Shown here: in pieces, positions 54,476-64,000 of the stretch
Numbering within the stretch: position 1 is the first letter of the stretch
Layout of the letters: each line of letters starts with the position of its first letter
Source: a phage
Strand: one strand, 5' to 3'
Sequence record: NC_094493.1
Length of the DNA: 64,000 nt
Program-made: the position numbers and the translations under genes
Notes under the pieces: generated by a model
Database searches by the model: none
Told to the model about the DNA's origin: nothing
The model's input: only the letters and a program-made list of their open reading frames with translations

Positions 54476-55192
54476 ATGGCTACGCTTTATAGTGATATAT
54501 TGATGGACCCACAGACAGGCGATTTGGCGATAGACAAAGGTCTTGAGTTGATAGATTCAAACCAAGTAAGTCTGCGCCAGCGCTTGTGGATGAGGTTTAA
54601 TACGTGGAAGGGGAGCTGGTACTTTGACGAGTTGTTTGGCTTCCCTTATATGGACTTTCTCAGTAAGAAGGTCATGAAGACTGTTCTTGATAACAAGATC
54701 ATGGAAGTGGCAAGACAAGAGCCGGATGTGCTAAACATCATAAACTTCCAGTCTACCATGGACCGAAGATCGAGAACATACCAAGCGTTCTTTGAGGTTG
54801 TTACCAAAGAGAACGAGATTGTAAGGCTGGCTTTCGTAGGTCTTGATCAGTTCACCTACCCACAACCTGATTCTGGGACAACCTCTCTCTGTGATGATGA
54901 GGGTTGGATTAAGTGGGCTAATAAACTGTACTACCTGATCAACTTCAGATTACCTAGAACCGGAGATGCCACATGGTGGAACCAGTATGCTGGTCCTGAG
55001 ATGGAAAACCCGATCCCTGTAGGCTCTCTGTTGACTCAGGATAAAGATCTGCTGATGACTGAGGCAGAACAAACCATTAACCGCAATACCTGGACGCTTG
55101 CTCCAGATGAGCGCGAATACTCTGGTGTTATTGCTACCTCCAATGATGAGGCTATTGCCAACCAGTCTGGTCGTGCTATTGATGTTAACTAA
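54476..55192 (+). CDS. hypothetical baseplate protein
   Basis: 238-aa ORF in tail module. Confidence 0.35.
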   Translation: MATLYSDILMDPQTGDLAIDKGLELIDSNQVSLRQRLWMRFNTWKGSWYFDELFGFPYMDFLSKKVMKTVLDNKIMEVARQEPDVLNIINFQSTMDRRSRTYQAFFEVVTKENEIVRLAFVGLDQFTYPQPDSGTTSLCDDEGWIKWANKLYYLINFRLPRTGDATWWNQYAGPEMENPIPVGSLLTQDKDLLMTEAEQTINRNTWTLAPDEREYSGVIATSNDEAIANQSGRAIDVN

Positions 55193-55201
55193 GGAGAAAT
55201 C

Positions 55202-55870
55202 ATGGCTGTAGCTTATCCTACAATACCAATTCCAGATCTTGAAGATGCAGAAACAGTCCTGAGTGATGACTTCTTGGTTGTCAACCAGACTGATGGGACA
55301 AGAAAGGCTAAGATTGACGATGTTGTCAACGATCTTAGTATTACTAAGATAGTCTATTTCACAGAGGGTGGTTATCTTAAGAGCAAGAAGGACTTTGCTT
55401 ATGACCCAGAGACTAAGCGCTACTACACGTGGAACGGGGATTATCCTAAAATAATCCTCCCAGACTCCACTGTAGAGGGTGCTGGGGGCGTGTCTGCAAA
55501 TGCCTGGTCTGTTTTTGGTGAGCTTGCTGCAACTTCTTCTGGCAGAATAGTTGATTACGGATCTATCGGTGGTCAGCTTGATATGGATCTTGAAGTTGCG
55601 GATACCTTTAAGGTTCGACTAACTTCAAATACCACAATCTCTTTTGAAAATCAAACAGAAGGTCTTGAAGGGGTGGCGAGAACTATAACCGTATGCATTA
55701 CTCAGACCTCTGGCGGCAACAAAGTCTATTGGCCTGGTAATGTTAAATGGTCCTACGGAAGAGATCCTATCCTAACATTTACAGCTGGTGCAACAGATAT
55801 TTTCAAGTTGGAAACCTACGACAACGGGTTAACTTGGTACGGGGCACTGATTATCGCAGGAGCTATCTAA
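55202..55870 (+). CDS. tail fibre-related protein sharing N-terminal module with long fibre
   Basis: 222 aa; N-terminal ETVLSDDFLVVNQTDGTRKAKIDDVVNDL parallels TAVTEDDYLVVQQPDLTRRVKIGDVVHVD of 58505..62323. Confidence 0.4.
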   Translation: MAVAYPTIPIPDLEDAETVLSDDFLVVNQTDGTRKAKIDDVVNDLSITKIVYFTEGGYLKSKKDFAYDPETKRYYTWNGDYPKIILPDSTVEGAGGVSANAWSVFGELAATSSGRIVDYGSIGGQLDMDLEVADTFKVRLTSNTTISFENQTEGLEGVARTITVCITQTSGGNKVYWPGNVKWSYGRDPILTFTAGATDIFKLETYDNGLTWYGALIIAGAI

Positions 55871-55871
55871 G

Positions 55872-58469
55872 ATGCGTATTCAACATAACATTGATAACGT
55901 ATTTCAGATGATTGAGGGGCACAGGAAGTGCCTCGATAACAACACAGGTATTACCAACACCCCTACACAAAATAAGCTAGTAAACCCTGATGGTCTTATA
56001 GCTGCAGGGTGGGCAGGTAATAAGATAAATAATGATTGGGCAATGCATGAGTCCCAAGCTGTGTTGATTCTGGGATACATTGAAGCATACAGGGCATCGA
56101 AAAGCGATTTCTATCTGGATAGGGCAAAAGATGCTTGGGAAGCTTACAATAGCCATCTTCTGGGCGCATATGCAGTAGAAAGTAAAATGCAAAGATTGTC
56201 CCACTACCCTCTATCCACAGATGGGGTTCCATCACATGGTGGGTTTAAAGATGTGGTGGTGTCTTTTACCAACGGTAGAGGAAAAATCCCAGCTGGATCT
56301 CCGACATGGGGGGAATACCTGGACAAGGCATTCCAAGCGTATAAAGGTGTGTTAGGAAGAAACACTGTAGACTCTGATGTTTACGGTGGCACAGATGCTA
56401 ACCCAGATTGGACAACATCCGGATTAAATTGGTGGGTTGAGTGGTACATAGCATGGGATGGTAACCGCTATTGGGCTAACGGGAGCATAGCCGACAGTGG
56501 GCATACGTCTATAGAGTTCGGCACAATCCAATTACAAGATAAGGGTGTTACAGGAAGCCACAAGGTGACCTATTGTGTAAGATTACCTCAAGAGCAGGGT
56601 GGATCGGTGATACCTGCTGGATCCCCTGTAATTGTAAATCCTATAAACGTGGTTGCAGATAATCAGGCCCCAGAGTTGGACGGGGAAGAAATGTGGTGTG
56701 ACGCTTGTTATCAACTCTACACCTTGACAGGTGAGGAAAAGTATCACACCGCATTTAAACAGTCTTACAACAAGTTGCTTAATTTCAGTGATATAAACGC
56801 CTACGACAAACTGTTTAGGAAGACCACGTTGATTAAGGCACCGTTTACAGATGGTACTTGTCTTGTTGCAGGAACAGTTCCTGTCATGAGCAGGGACAGT
56901 GACGGATATATCAATTTTAGAATGAACGCACGCCAGCCTTGCGAAATAATTCAAAAAGGGACTACATACAAAATAGGCAGAGATGCTGAAATTGTTATGA
57001 ATTTCGGAGGAGAAGGGGTTCTGTTCCAGCCACATTTCATCCTTAATGATGGCAACAATAACAAAAAACAGTACAGGATAGGTGTTCCTTTTGGAGGGGC
57101 AGAGGTAACAGAAATAGTTGCCAAGGTTACTGATTTCGTAGAGGTGGTTGGTAAAGACGGTAATCCATATCTCTTACCTAAAGAGGAAAACATTGTCGTA
57201 AGTGGTGGCGCTAGTGTTAGTATGCAGTATGATACCGACATTTACAACCACTCTGACAACTTCACCCGTTGTAATATAGTAAGAGGTAAAGTAACTTTCA
57301 ATTTTGGAAGAGAGATTTCTTTAAACTCAGTAACTTATCGATCAGATGATGAGATGGTAAGGGTCAAATTTCTTGACAAAGACAGGTGGTTATGGTATGC
57401 TGATCTATATGCCACTAATGGACAATGGATAACAGAAACTCTTACTCTAGGAGATTTCAAACTAGATCCGACACAACCTCATCACACTGAAGAAGAGATT
57501 AAACCTTTCTTTGCTAATCCTAAGGGGCTCACCTCTGTAGATTTCAGCCTAAGCGACAGACAGATAGGTAATGGCTTGTTTGATCTGTACTGCGTAAACA
57601 CGCTGCCGCAGTTCTATATTGCAGATAGGGATGCTTATCTAATATGGTTTAGCGTATGGATGGCAAGCAAGACAGAATCAACCGCCAAGGTTGGTGATTG
57701 CTATGTCAGAAACTACAAGCAAGGCGCATACAGGCACACACCGGGTGTGTTCCCTGCCGGAAAGGTGATAGATAAGGAAAACTATCTCTTAGAGGAAAAG
57801 CCAAATTGGCCCTACCCTGGCATGCAATACCCAGCAGTATACTGCATGGGTGCAGAAAACATAGATCGCCATAGATTGTCAAATACAATAGGCTTTCTGT
57901 ATGACGCTCAAGTCTGGTATAATAATACATTTAAGACAGAGGGTCCAGTTGCCTCACGTTATGTATGGCAGAGAGGTAATGAAGGGTTGACTGGTTGGTG
58001 GGAGATGGTAGATAACTCTAAGCTCCAGTCAAGATCTTTTGTTGCTGCGTGCCGCACAATCTATGAGCTCAAGAAACATAAAGAACCTGTTGATGAAAGA
58101 TTATTCCTGTTCTGCCAGAAATGGGCATGGTTCCTCAACAGATTCCAGTCATCTCATTCAGGAAATCTGCCTACAGACTTTAACACCTCTGGGGGATATT
58201 CTTATCAAGACAGAGGGGACAGGATGTGGGTGGTAGGTGAATGGCTTGCAGGTTGCTGCTGGCTAGGTCTGTGCGGGTATTCAGAGACAATACCCCAAAT
58301 AGATATTGTTGTAGAAGCCTGTGTGAAGCTGCTGCAAAAGCACCACTTCATTAATGGGGATAATGTTTTAAACGGCTGCTGGGCAGTTTCTGATCCGGTT
58401 GGCTATCACTCTGGCGAAATCCTTCGCGGTCTGGGACTTTATGCTCAATACCGTGGATTGTACCTTTAA
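55872..58469 (+). CDS. tail fibre/spike protein (putative)
   Basis: 865 aa, Trp/Tyr/Gly-rich; between baseplate genes and long fibre gene. Confidence 0.4.
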   Translation: MRIQHNIDNVFQMIEGHRKCLDNNTGITNTPTQNKLVNPDGLIAAGWAGNKINNDWAMHESQAVLILGYIEAYRASKSDFYLDRAKDAWEAYNSHLLGAYAVESKMQRLSHYPLSTDGVPSHGGFKDVVVSFTNGRGKIPAGSPTWGEYLDKAFQAYKGVLGRNTVDSDVYGGTDANPDWTTSGLNWWVEWYIAWDGNRYWANGSIADSGHTSIEFGTIQLQDKGVTGSHKVTYCVRLPQEQGGSVIPAGSPVIVNPINVVADNQAPELDGEEMWCDACYQLYTLTGEEKYHTAFKQSYNKLLNFSDINAYDKLFRKTTLIKAPFTDGTCLVAGTVPVMSRDSDGYINFRMNARQPCEIIQKGTTYKIGRDAEIVMNFGGEGVLFQPHFILNDGNNNKKQYRIGVPFGGAEVTEIVAKVTDFVEVVGKDGNPYLLPKEENIVVSGGASVSMQYDTDIYNHSDNFTRCNIVRGKVTFNFGREISLNSVTYRSDDEMVRVKFLDKDRWLWYADLYATNGQWITETLTLGDFKLDPTQPHHTEEEIKPFFANPKGLTSVDFSLSDRQIGNGLFDLYCVNTLPQFYIADRDAYLIWFSVWMASKTESTAKVGDCYVRNYKQGAYRHTPGVFPAGKVIDKENYLLEEKPNWPYPGMQYPAVYCMGAENIDRHRLSNTIGFLYDAQVWYNNTFKTEGPVASRYVWQRGNEGLTGWWEMVDNSKLQSRSFVAACRTIYELKKHKEPVDERLFLFCQKWAWFLNRFQSSHSGNLPTDFNTSGGYSYQDRGDRMWVVGEWLAGCCWLGLCGYSETIPQIDIVVEACVKLLQKHHFINGDNVLNGCWAVSDPVGYHSGEILRGLGLYAQYRGLYL

Positions 58470-58472
58470 CAT

Positions 58473-58493
58473 AGGGGGCTGTTTGCCCCCTTT
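58473..58493 (+). terminator. weak terminator/attenuator hairpin
   Basis: agggggc-tgttt-gccccct followed by only TTT, then RBS and ATG of fibre gene. Confidence 0.4.
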
Positions 58494-58504
58494 CAGGAGA
58501 AAGA

Positions 58505-61500
58505 ATGGCTGATATTAAAGTTGTCAGAATTGAATCTCTTCCTGCCACTACCGCAGTGACAGAGGATGATTACCTGGTTGTTCAACAACCAGACCTGACT
58601 CGTCGTGTAAAAATTGGCGATGTTGTCCATGTGGATGGGACTGTTTCTCATGTAATCTCCTTTAAGGAAGGTGGTAAGTTAAACGGCCCAATGGATTTTG
58701 CCTACTTCGAAGAGGAAGACCTCTACCTGCGTTGGAAAGGCGAATTTCCACACACTGTTCCTGCACTATCTTCACCGTACTCCGATGGTGGGATTACTGA
58801 CGCTGCATGGATGGTATATACTGACCCGTCCCTAAGGGAGGAGCTGGAATCTACCATTGGCGCATCTATGATCATGACAGCCGAAGGGCAGTCTGTCCAG
58901 GATGTAATGGATGTTACTGTTCAGACAGCTAACGATGCTAAAGCCCTTGCACAGCGTGTAGATTTTGGTACAGTGCACACTGTAGGTGATGTTATCCACC
59001 TTGATAACTTTGTTGGCCCTGCAGTTATTGAAGAGGGAAGAACCACCAACTACCCTTCTGTAGCAGCTGGTGAAAAATTTCTGAACGGTGTGGTATCTCG
59101 TCGTGATACTACAACTGTTGATGGCATTTTCCGTGGCGCTACCTCCGGAGCCATGTATACCATCGCAGTAACCAACGGTGTAGCGACAACAAAAAGAATA
59201 GCACTTCGTGATGAATTTAAACGCCTAGAGGCAAACAACCCAACAAGAACAGTTATCCGTGCTGGAGATGATTTAAACACGGCAGGGTACTTGCAGCTTG
59301 ACGCAACAGGCCGTTGGGGTATGTGGAACCAACAAACAGCCTCGTGGCAACCTCTTGCTATAGAGCAAGGCGGCACAGGGGCTAGAGATGCCGCTGGAGT
59401 CCGTATCAATATCGGTGCTTTCTATAAGCAACGTGCAGCCCTTGAGCCAAATTTCAATATCAATAACTTGACTGGTAATCAGGATGGTGTATACTACCAG
59501 CCGATGACTGCTTATGCAACTGAGGCAAATGGTTACCCTGCAGGTTCTGGTGCTGGTCACCTGATTGTTTGGCAGAACAATGCTAACGGCGGTACAGGTT
59601 GTCGTCAGGAATACTATCCATTCTCTAACGTAGATGTTTGGTATTTAAGAACCTATCAGGCCAACACAAATCAGTGGACTGCATGGCAGCCGATGGTCAG
59701 ACCTCGTAACGATGATACCTTTAGAGCGCACATCGGTCTCGGGTCTAGAAACTCCCCTACCTTTGGGCACCTTTACCTGTCTCAAAGTTCTGCTGATGTT
59801 AAGTCAGCATCAGGTATTGTTAACGGGGACAAATACAGCGCTGACGGTGTCCTTGAGCATGGATATAGGATCTACTCTGAGGTAAGAAACGACAATAAGG
59901 CTTGGTTGACAATCCACCTGCACAAAGGTGCAAAAGGATCTGAAACTCATAGATATTTAGGTTTCCGCGAAGATGGCGTGTTAGACTGCCCTAAATACAT
60001 GCAGGTTGGGGATCTTACTGGTCAGCTGACAAACTGGGGTCTTGGAGAATGGATCCGTAGTTCAGGGGCAGAAAGAGGCTTCTGGGGGTCCAAGAAAGCC
60101 GCCAAGATGGTTGTCTGGGATGGTGGGATGGACGAATCCGGTAACGGCACTCTGGAATGGGGTGTTTATAACAACCGGAAGGCCAAGTGGGAACCTTTAC
60201 CTCAAGCCGCAGGTGGTACTGGGGCTACAACTTTAGCAGATGCTCAGAATCTGTTCAAAGTTCCTATAGCAGCAGGTGTGAAAGACTTCTTAACACTGCC
60301 AAGAACCGCAGGGATGGAAGATGGGAAATACTACCCGATCATCGTTAGAACAGATCCGTATTACGCCCCTTCGACAGGTACAGATATTACCATAGTCACC
60401 AGGTCTTCATCTGGAAATGACCCTATGAACTGTGCCACCCTGCAGTGTCACTATAGAACTGGCGGCTGGACGGACAGGGGAGACTCTTTCTACGGGGTAG
60501 TAAATTTCTACCAGAATGAAAAAGCACTTCTTGGGATGGTTGCTCCAGCAAGGGGTAAACAAGAGTATGTTGCTTTCTATGCAGAGGCTCGTGCTTTCCC
60601 TGTCAGCATATACGCAAGTAGAAATGTTGTCGAAGTGTTTACCAGAGAGCAAGATTACCAGGTTGGGGCTGTAACAGCCAATCAGGATGGGGTTAAGTTC
60701 GTTGCACCTCTTCAGTCAGCAGATTTGAATCTCGCTATTCTTGGAGATAACAACACCAATACCAGACCTATTGTTGACTTCAAAGGTACTTCAGGGTTCT
60801 ACACTGGCGGCGGCACACAGTGGCACTATATAGGCACTGCTGAACGCTATGCTGTGATGAGCAAAATGAATATGCCTAAAGTCGAGCTATGGGCAGACGG
60901 TATTGACTACCTTTGCCCTGGTAGTCAGACCACTCGAAAAGCACTGTTCTCTAATGCAGGGTTCCAGGCTGCGTCGGAAGGAACAGAGGATCTGATCAAC
61001 AACACCTTTACCTCTAAATGTGGTAATGGTGCAAGACTGCAAGGACAGGCAGAGTTCAGATCTACTCCAGAAGCTGCTCAAGTTATTGTTCGTGATGTTG
61101 TAGGCACAGCTCATAGATTCTACAACTTCAACAAAGATGGCACTTTCTCAGCTCCGGGCGGTTTTGTATGCCACACGGGTGCAGACTGGAACAACCAGTT
61201 TGGGCCTAACAACCCGTCAAAAATAATAGCTGGTAATGTTAACGGCCCACAAGATACCATGGTTGTAGGCGGGTTATCTGTAGGATTCTCGGGAAACTAC
61301 GCTTTCCAGATTGCTGGCAGACAAAGTAACTTATACACCAGGTCTATAGAAGGTGGTAATCACCATCCCTGGAATAAGGCTATGCAACACAGGGGTCAAG
61401 GTCTTGGTTCTTCAGACCTTAACACCTATCACGGATTGTGGGAAGGTATTTACCATCAGCCTGCAAATAATGATGCAACATATGATCGTCATTATCCCGT

Positions 61501-62323
61501 AAATGAGGCCGGAACACTTATTGTGTTGCAAAATAACGCCAATAACGGTAATGGGTGTGTTCAAGAATATATTACCTACCATGGCGATAGATTTACACGT
61601 TATGGGAATATGGTGAAACAGGTCTTCACTTGGGGCCCGTGGACCCAAACAGGTGGTAATGGTGTTAGCTTCAGATATGGAGGAACAACTCCCGAAGGGG
61701 AAATACCGACCTCAGAGTTAAAGGTATATATTTCTGGAAGCCATGTTACTAATAACGGTGGCAACATGCCTGCGAATAGCGCTCATATGCACTATTGGGG
61801 CAACGGCAGCACAGGGGATCGCCCAAACGTGTTAGAGTTTAAGGTTCTTGACGAGTCTCAAGCAAATTGGGTATGGCATTGCGGTACCTTGCCAGATAAA
61901 TCAAGATATTTTGCTGTCAACGGTACGGTAGAATGTACTACTGTTAGCCAAAGTTCCGATAGGGACCTGAAGGATAACATAGAGGTCATACCTAACGCTC
62001 TGGAAGCAATTAGAAAAATGAAAGGTTATACCTACACCTTGAAAGAGAATGGTATGCCTTATGCAGGCGTGATTGCTCAAGAGGTTATGGAAGCATTGCC
62101 AGAGGCAGTAGGATCTTTCGTAAAAAGGAAGGAAATAGAAGGTCCTACTCAAGACGGTATTCCTCTGATGACCGAGGAAAGGTTCTATAACGTTGACTAC
62201 GCAGCTGTAACAGGCTTGCTTGTCCAGGTTTGCAGGGAACAGGACGATAAAATAACCGCCCTTGAGGAGCAGGTTAAAAAATTGACAGAGGTTGTTACTG
62301 GATTGCAAGAGAAACTGAAGTAA
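58505..62323 (+). CDS. long tail fibre protein with C-terminal intramolecular chaperone (S74-type) domain
   Basis: 1272 aa; Gly-rich fibre body; C-terminal SDRDLKDNIEVIPNALEAIRKMKGYTYTL...GVIAQEVMEALPEAV. Confidence 0.7.
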   Translation: MADIKVVRIESLPATTAVTEDDYLVVQQPDLTRRVKIGDVVHVDGTVSHVISFKEGGKLNGPMDFAYFEEEDLYLRWKGEFPHTVPALSSPYSDGGITDAAWMVYTDPSLREELESTIGASMIMTAEGQSVQDVMDVTVQTANDAKALAQRVDFGTVHTVGDVIHLDNFVGPAVIEEGRTTNYPSVAAGEKFLNGVVSRRDTTTVDGIFRGATSGAMYTIAVTNGVATTKRIALRDEFKRLEANNPTRTVIRAGDDLNTAGYLQLDATGRWGMWNQQTASWQPLAIEQGGTGARDAAGVRINIGAFYKQRAALEPNFNINNLTGNQDGVYYQPMTAYATEANGYPAGSGAGHLIVWQNNANGGTGCRQEYYPFSNVDVWYLRTYQANTNQWTAWQPMVRPRNDDTFRAHIGLGSRNSPTFGHLYLSQSSADVKSASGIVNGDKYSADGVLEHGYRIYSEVRNDNKAWLTIHLHKGAKGSETHRYLGFREDGVLDCPKYMQVGDLTGQLTNWGLGEWIRSSGAERGFWGSKKAAKMVVWDGGMDESGNGTLEWGVYNNRKAKWEPLPQAAGGTGATTLADAQNLFKVPIAAGVKDFLTLPRTAGMEDGKYYPIIVRTDPYYAPSTGTDITIVTRSSSGNDPMNCATLQCHYRTGGWTDRGDSFYGVVNFYQNEKALLGMVAPARGKQEYVAFYAEARAFPVSIYASRNVVEVFTREQDYQVGAVTANQDGVKFVAPLQSADLNLAILGDNNTNTRPIVDFKGTSGFYTGGGTQWHYIGTAERYAVMSKMNMPKVELWADGIDYLCPGSQTTRKALFSNAGFQAASEGTEDLINNTFTSKCGNGARLQGQAEFRSTPEAAQVIVRDVVGTAHRFYNFNKDGTFSAPGGFVCHTGADWNNQFGPNNPSKIIAGNVNGPQDTMVVGGLSVGFSGNYAFQIAGRQSNLYTRSIEGGNHHPWNKAMQHRGQGLGSSDLNTYHGLWEGIYHQPANNDATYDRHYPVNEAGTLIVLQNNANNGNGCVQEYITYHGDRFTRYGNMVKQVFTWGPWTQTGGNGVSFRYGGTTPEGEIPTSELKVYISGSHVTNNGGNMPANSAHMHYWGNGSTGDRPNVLEFKVLDESQANWVWHCGTLPDKSRYFAVNGTVECTTVSQSSDRDLKDNIEVIPNALEAIRKMKGYTYTLKENGMPYAGVIAQEVMEALPEAVGSFVKRKEIEGPTQDGIPLMTEERFYNVDYAAVTGLLVQVCREQDDKITALEEQVKKLTEVVTGLQEKLK

Positions 62324-62330
62324 CTGTTTT

Positions 62331-62356
62331 GCCCTCGCTTCGGCGGGGGCTTTTTG
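62331..62356 (+). terminator. rho-independent terminator
   Basis: gccctcgc-ttcg-gcgggggc followed by TTTTT. Confidence 0.65.
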
Positions 62357-62362
62357 TTTGTA

Positions 62363-62391
62363 TTGCGTATTAACTCAAAATCTGGTAAAAT
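62363..62391 (+). promoter_or_regulatory. sigma70-type promoter
   Basis: TTGCGT-17nt-TAAAAT upstream of 62423. Confidence 0.45.
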
Positions 62392-62422
62392 AACTATCAT
62401 GATTGTTTAACCTGGAGGCACA

Positions 62423-63013
62423 ATGTTTTTATGGGAAAGGCCTAGATACCTTCCAGATATTAGATTGGAGCTGCTGGCAGATATTGTTACGTTTAAAAGT
62501 CCGTTTACAGGTAAAACGCAAAAAGTAACCTATGCCACACCTAACTGGAAAGGCACTTTGACGGTTTCCAATATCAGCGAGTCACAGTTGCTAGAGCTTA
62601 AGAGCTTTGTTGATCAGGTGTATAAAGATGGAAACATCTTTCTTATTAAAACTTACGGTCACTCAGTTACAGCTAATGAGCCAATCGCCCTTGGGCCTAC
62701 TGGTAACGACGATTTTTTGAAGACGGTTGGGTGGGAGCCAAACAGAGACATAGCCAGAGCTGGGGATAAAATATCTGTCAATGATGAATTGAAAGTGGTA
62801 ACAGCTCCAGTGCGTAGCGATGGTGTTGGGTCTGCTGTTATAAGCATATCTCCAAGACTTAGAAAACCTATTGCCGCAGGGGACACTATGAAGATAATAA
62901 CTCAATCCCCGAAGGGTAGGTTTCATATCAGAGATATTTATAAAATTAAGCAAAAAGTCGATGCTATGCAAAAAGGTGATAATATAGTTATCAACTTCTT
63001 TGAGGATTTCTAA
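62423..63013 (+). CDS. hypothetical tail-associated protein
   Basis: 196-aa ORF after fibre gene. Confidence 0.35.
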   Translation: MFLWERPRYLPDIRLELLADIVTFKSPFTGKTQKVTYATPNWKGTLTVSNISESQLLELKSFVDQVYKDGNIFLIKTYGHSVTANEPIALGPTGNDDFLKTVGWEPNRDIARAGDKISVNDELKVVTAPVRSDGVGSAVISISPRLRKPIAAGDTMKIITQSPKGRFHIRDIYKIKQKVDAMQKGDNIVINFFEDF

Positions 63014-63014
63014 G

Positions 63015-63566
63015 ATGATCAGAGCGCCATTAGATAATTTATTTCTTGAAAAGCTGGAGCTTGATGGTGTTGAGATCTTAATTGCTGCAAAGCTGGAGCT
63101 ACCGACAGGAACTGTCAGGGTGTGCTCAGGCACTGGTGTTGTAGTAATTGAGGGGCAACATTTTATAGGGATAGGTGGATCAGCAACGTTAACTGCTGTG
63201 TCTGAGAAAGATGCCACCAACTTCGGATCTGTGGTAGCGACATTGAACGGGTTTGATCCTAAGTATGTGGGTGATCTTCTGAAGACGGAGTATTCCGGTT
63301 GTCGTGCCACGTTGTACATTACCGCTATGGAGAATGGTCTGCCTGTCACAACTAATGGCTTGTTTGACGGCCTTATAACAGATATGGCTATTCAGACAGG
63401 GGAGAATAGTGCTTTGTCCATATCCATCTCTTCCATCTTCAATAGTTGGTTAAGAGGTTTTCCTTATCGGTACACGGAGGAAAGCCACAGCTCAAGAAAC
63501 GATAATGACAGATTTTTTAAATATGTGGATCAGGTGGCGAGCCGCCCGATCATTTGGGAGGTTTAA
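63015..63566 (+). CDS. hypothetical tail-associated protein
   Basis: 183 aa from ATG 1 nt after upstream stop. Confidence 0.35.
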   Translation: MIRAPLDNLFLEKLELDGVEILIAAKLELPTGTVRVCSGTGVVVIEGQHFIGIGGSATLTAVSEKDATNFGSVVATLNGFDPKYVGDLLKTEYSGCRATLYITAMENGLPVTTNGLFDGLITDMAIQTGENSALSISISSIFNSWLRGFPYRYTEESHSSRNDNDRFFKYVDQVASRPIIWEV

Positions 63567-63991
63567 TGAGCACACACCCTCGTTTAGTGGATTGGCAAGA
63601 AAGATTGTGGAAAGTGTTTGACGAAGAGGCCACCATACCTTTTGAATGGGGATTCCACGATTGTTGCACCTTTGCGGCTAAGTGTGTTGATGCCCAATAC
63701 GGAACAGATTTTCTTTCCAACTTCGAAGGAACGTATAAAACAGAGTTGGAAAGCAAAAGATGGTGCATGCTTCGTTTCAAAACTACACACCTGCCTACTA
63801 TTTTTGATCTCTTTATGACTCGGCTGGATACTCCTAAACAGGTTCAGCGTGGAGATATTGTCATTTTCGAAGGTCTGAACGGGCTCACCGCTGGTGTGTT
63901 CTGGAACAACCAGATTTGGGCGAAAGGTGATAAAGGGGTCTTTATGTTCGACATGAAAGATTCTATCGTTGTTGATGTCTGGAGGTATTAA
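63566..63991 (+). CDS. hypothetical protein with Cys/His pattern
   Basis: 141 aa from ATG overlapping upstream stop (TAATG); WGFHDCCTFAAKC; function unknown. Confidence 0.3.
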   Translation: MSTHPRLVDWQERLWKVFDEEATIPFEWGFHDCCTFAAKCVDAQYGTDFLSNFEGTYKTELESKRWCMLRFKTTHLPTIFDLFMTRLDTPKQVQRGDIVIFEGLNGLTAGVFWNNQIWAKGDKGVFMFDMKDSIVVDVWRY

Positions 63992-64000
63992 TGCCAATTG

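Noticed and set aside
62663-63349. 228-aa minus-strand ORF overlapping plus-strand tail genes
   Set aside because: Antisense to two coupled plus-strand genes in a strictly plus-strand late module; no promoter or RBS.

Overview
The window looks like a contiguous segment of a virulent tailed dsDNA phage with a contractile-tail gene order, carrying enterobacterial-type signals (near-consensus sigma70 promoters, a lambda R-like endolysin). Positions 1-28.2 kb hold about 47 minus-strand early/middle genes, mostly nucleotide metabolism and DNA processing: class I and class III ribonucleotide reductases, glutaredoxin, ThyX-like thymidylate synthase, dNMP kinase, HAD nucleotidase, PhoH, DNA ligase, FEN, DEDD exonuclease, Endo VII, two N6-adenine methyltransferases, endolysin, a Sir2-like protein and a T4 Rnl1-like RNA ligase. 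Positions 28.2-33.3 kb switch to the plus strand: a P-loop kinase and metallophosphatase, a palindrome array with an AT-rich tract, two GC-rich non-coding islands, and seven tRNA genes behind a consensus promoter. Positions 33.4-64 kb are the plus-strand late module: spanins, a terminase large subunit gene split by a group I intron carrying an HNH homing endonuclease, portal, scaffold, capsid, sheath and tube, a free-standing endonuclease-like insertion, a tail chaperone with a -1 frameshift site, tape measure, baseplate and fibre genes. The most interesting candidate system is an RNA-repair and tRNA locus (Sir2, small alpha/beta protein, RNA ligase, kinase, phosphatase, tRNAs including one atypical tRNA-like gene). 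No searches were run: all calls rest on motifs read from the ORF track, gene order and sequence inspection. CDS coordinates follow the ORF track (stop included); non-coding coordinates are hand-counted and approximate to about 2 nt.
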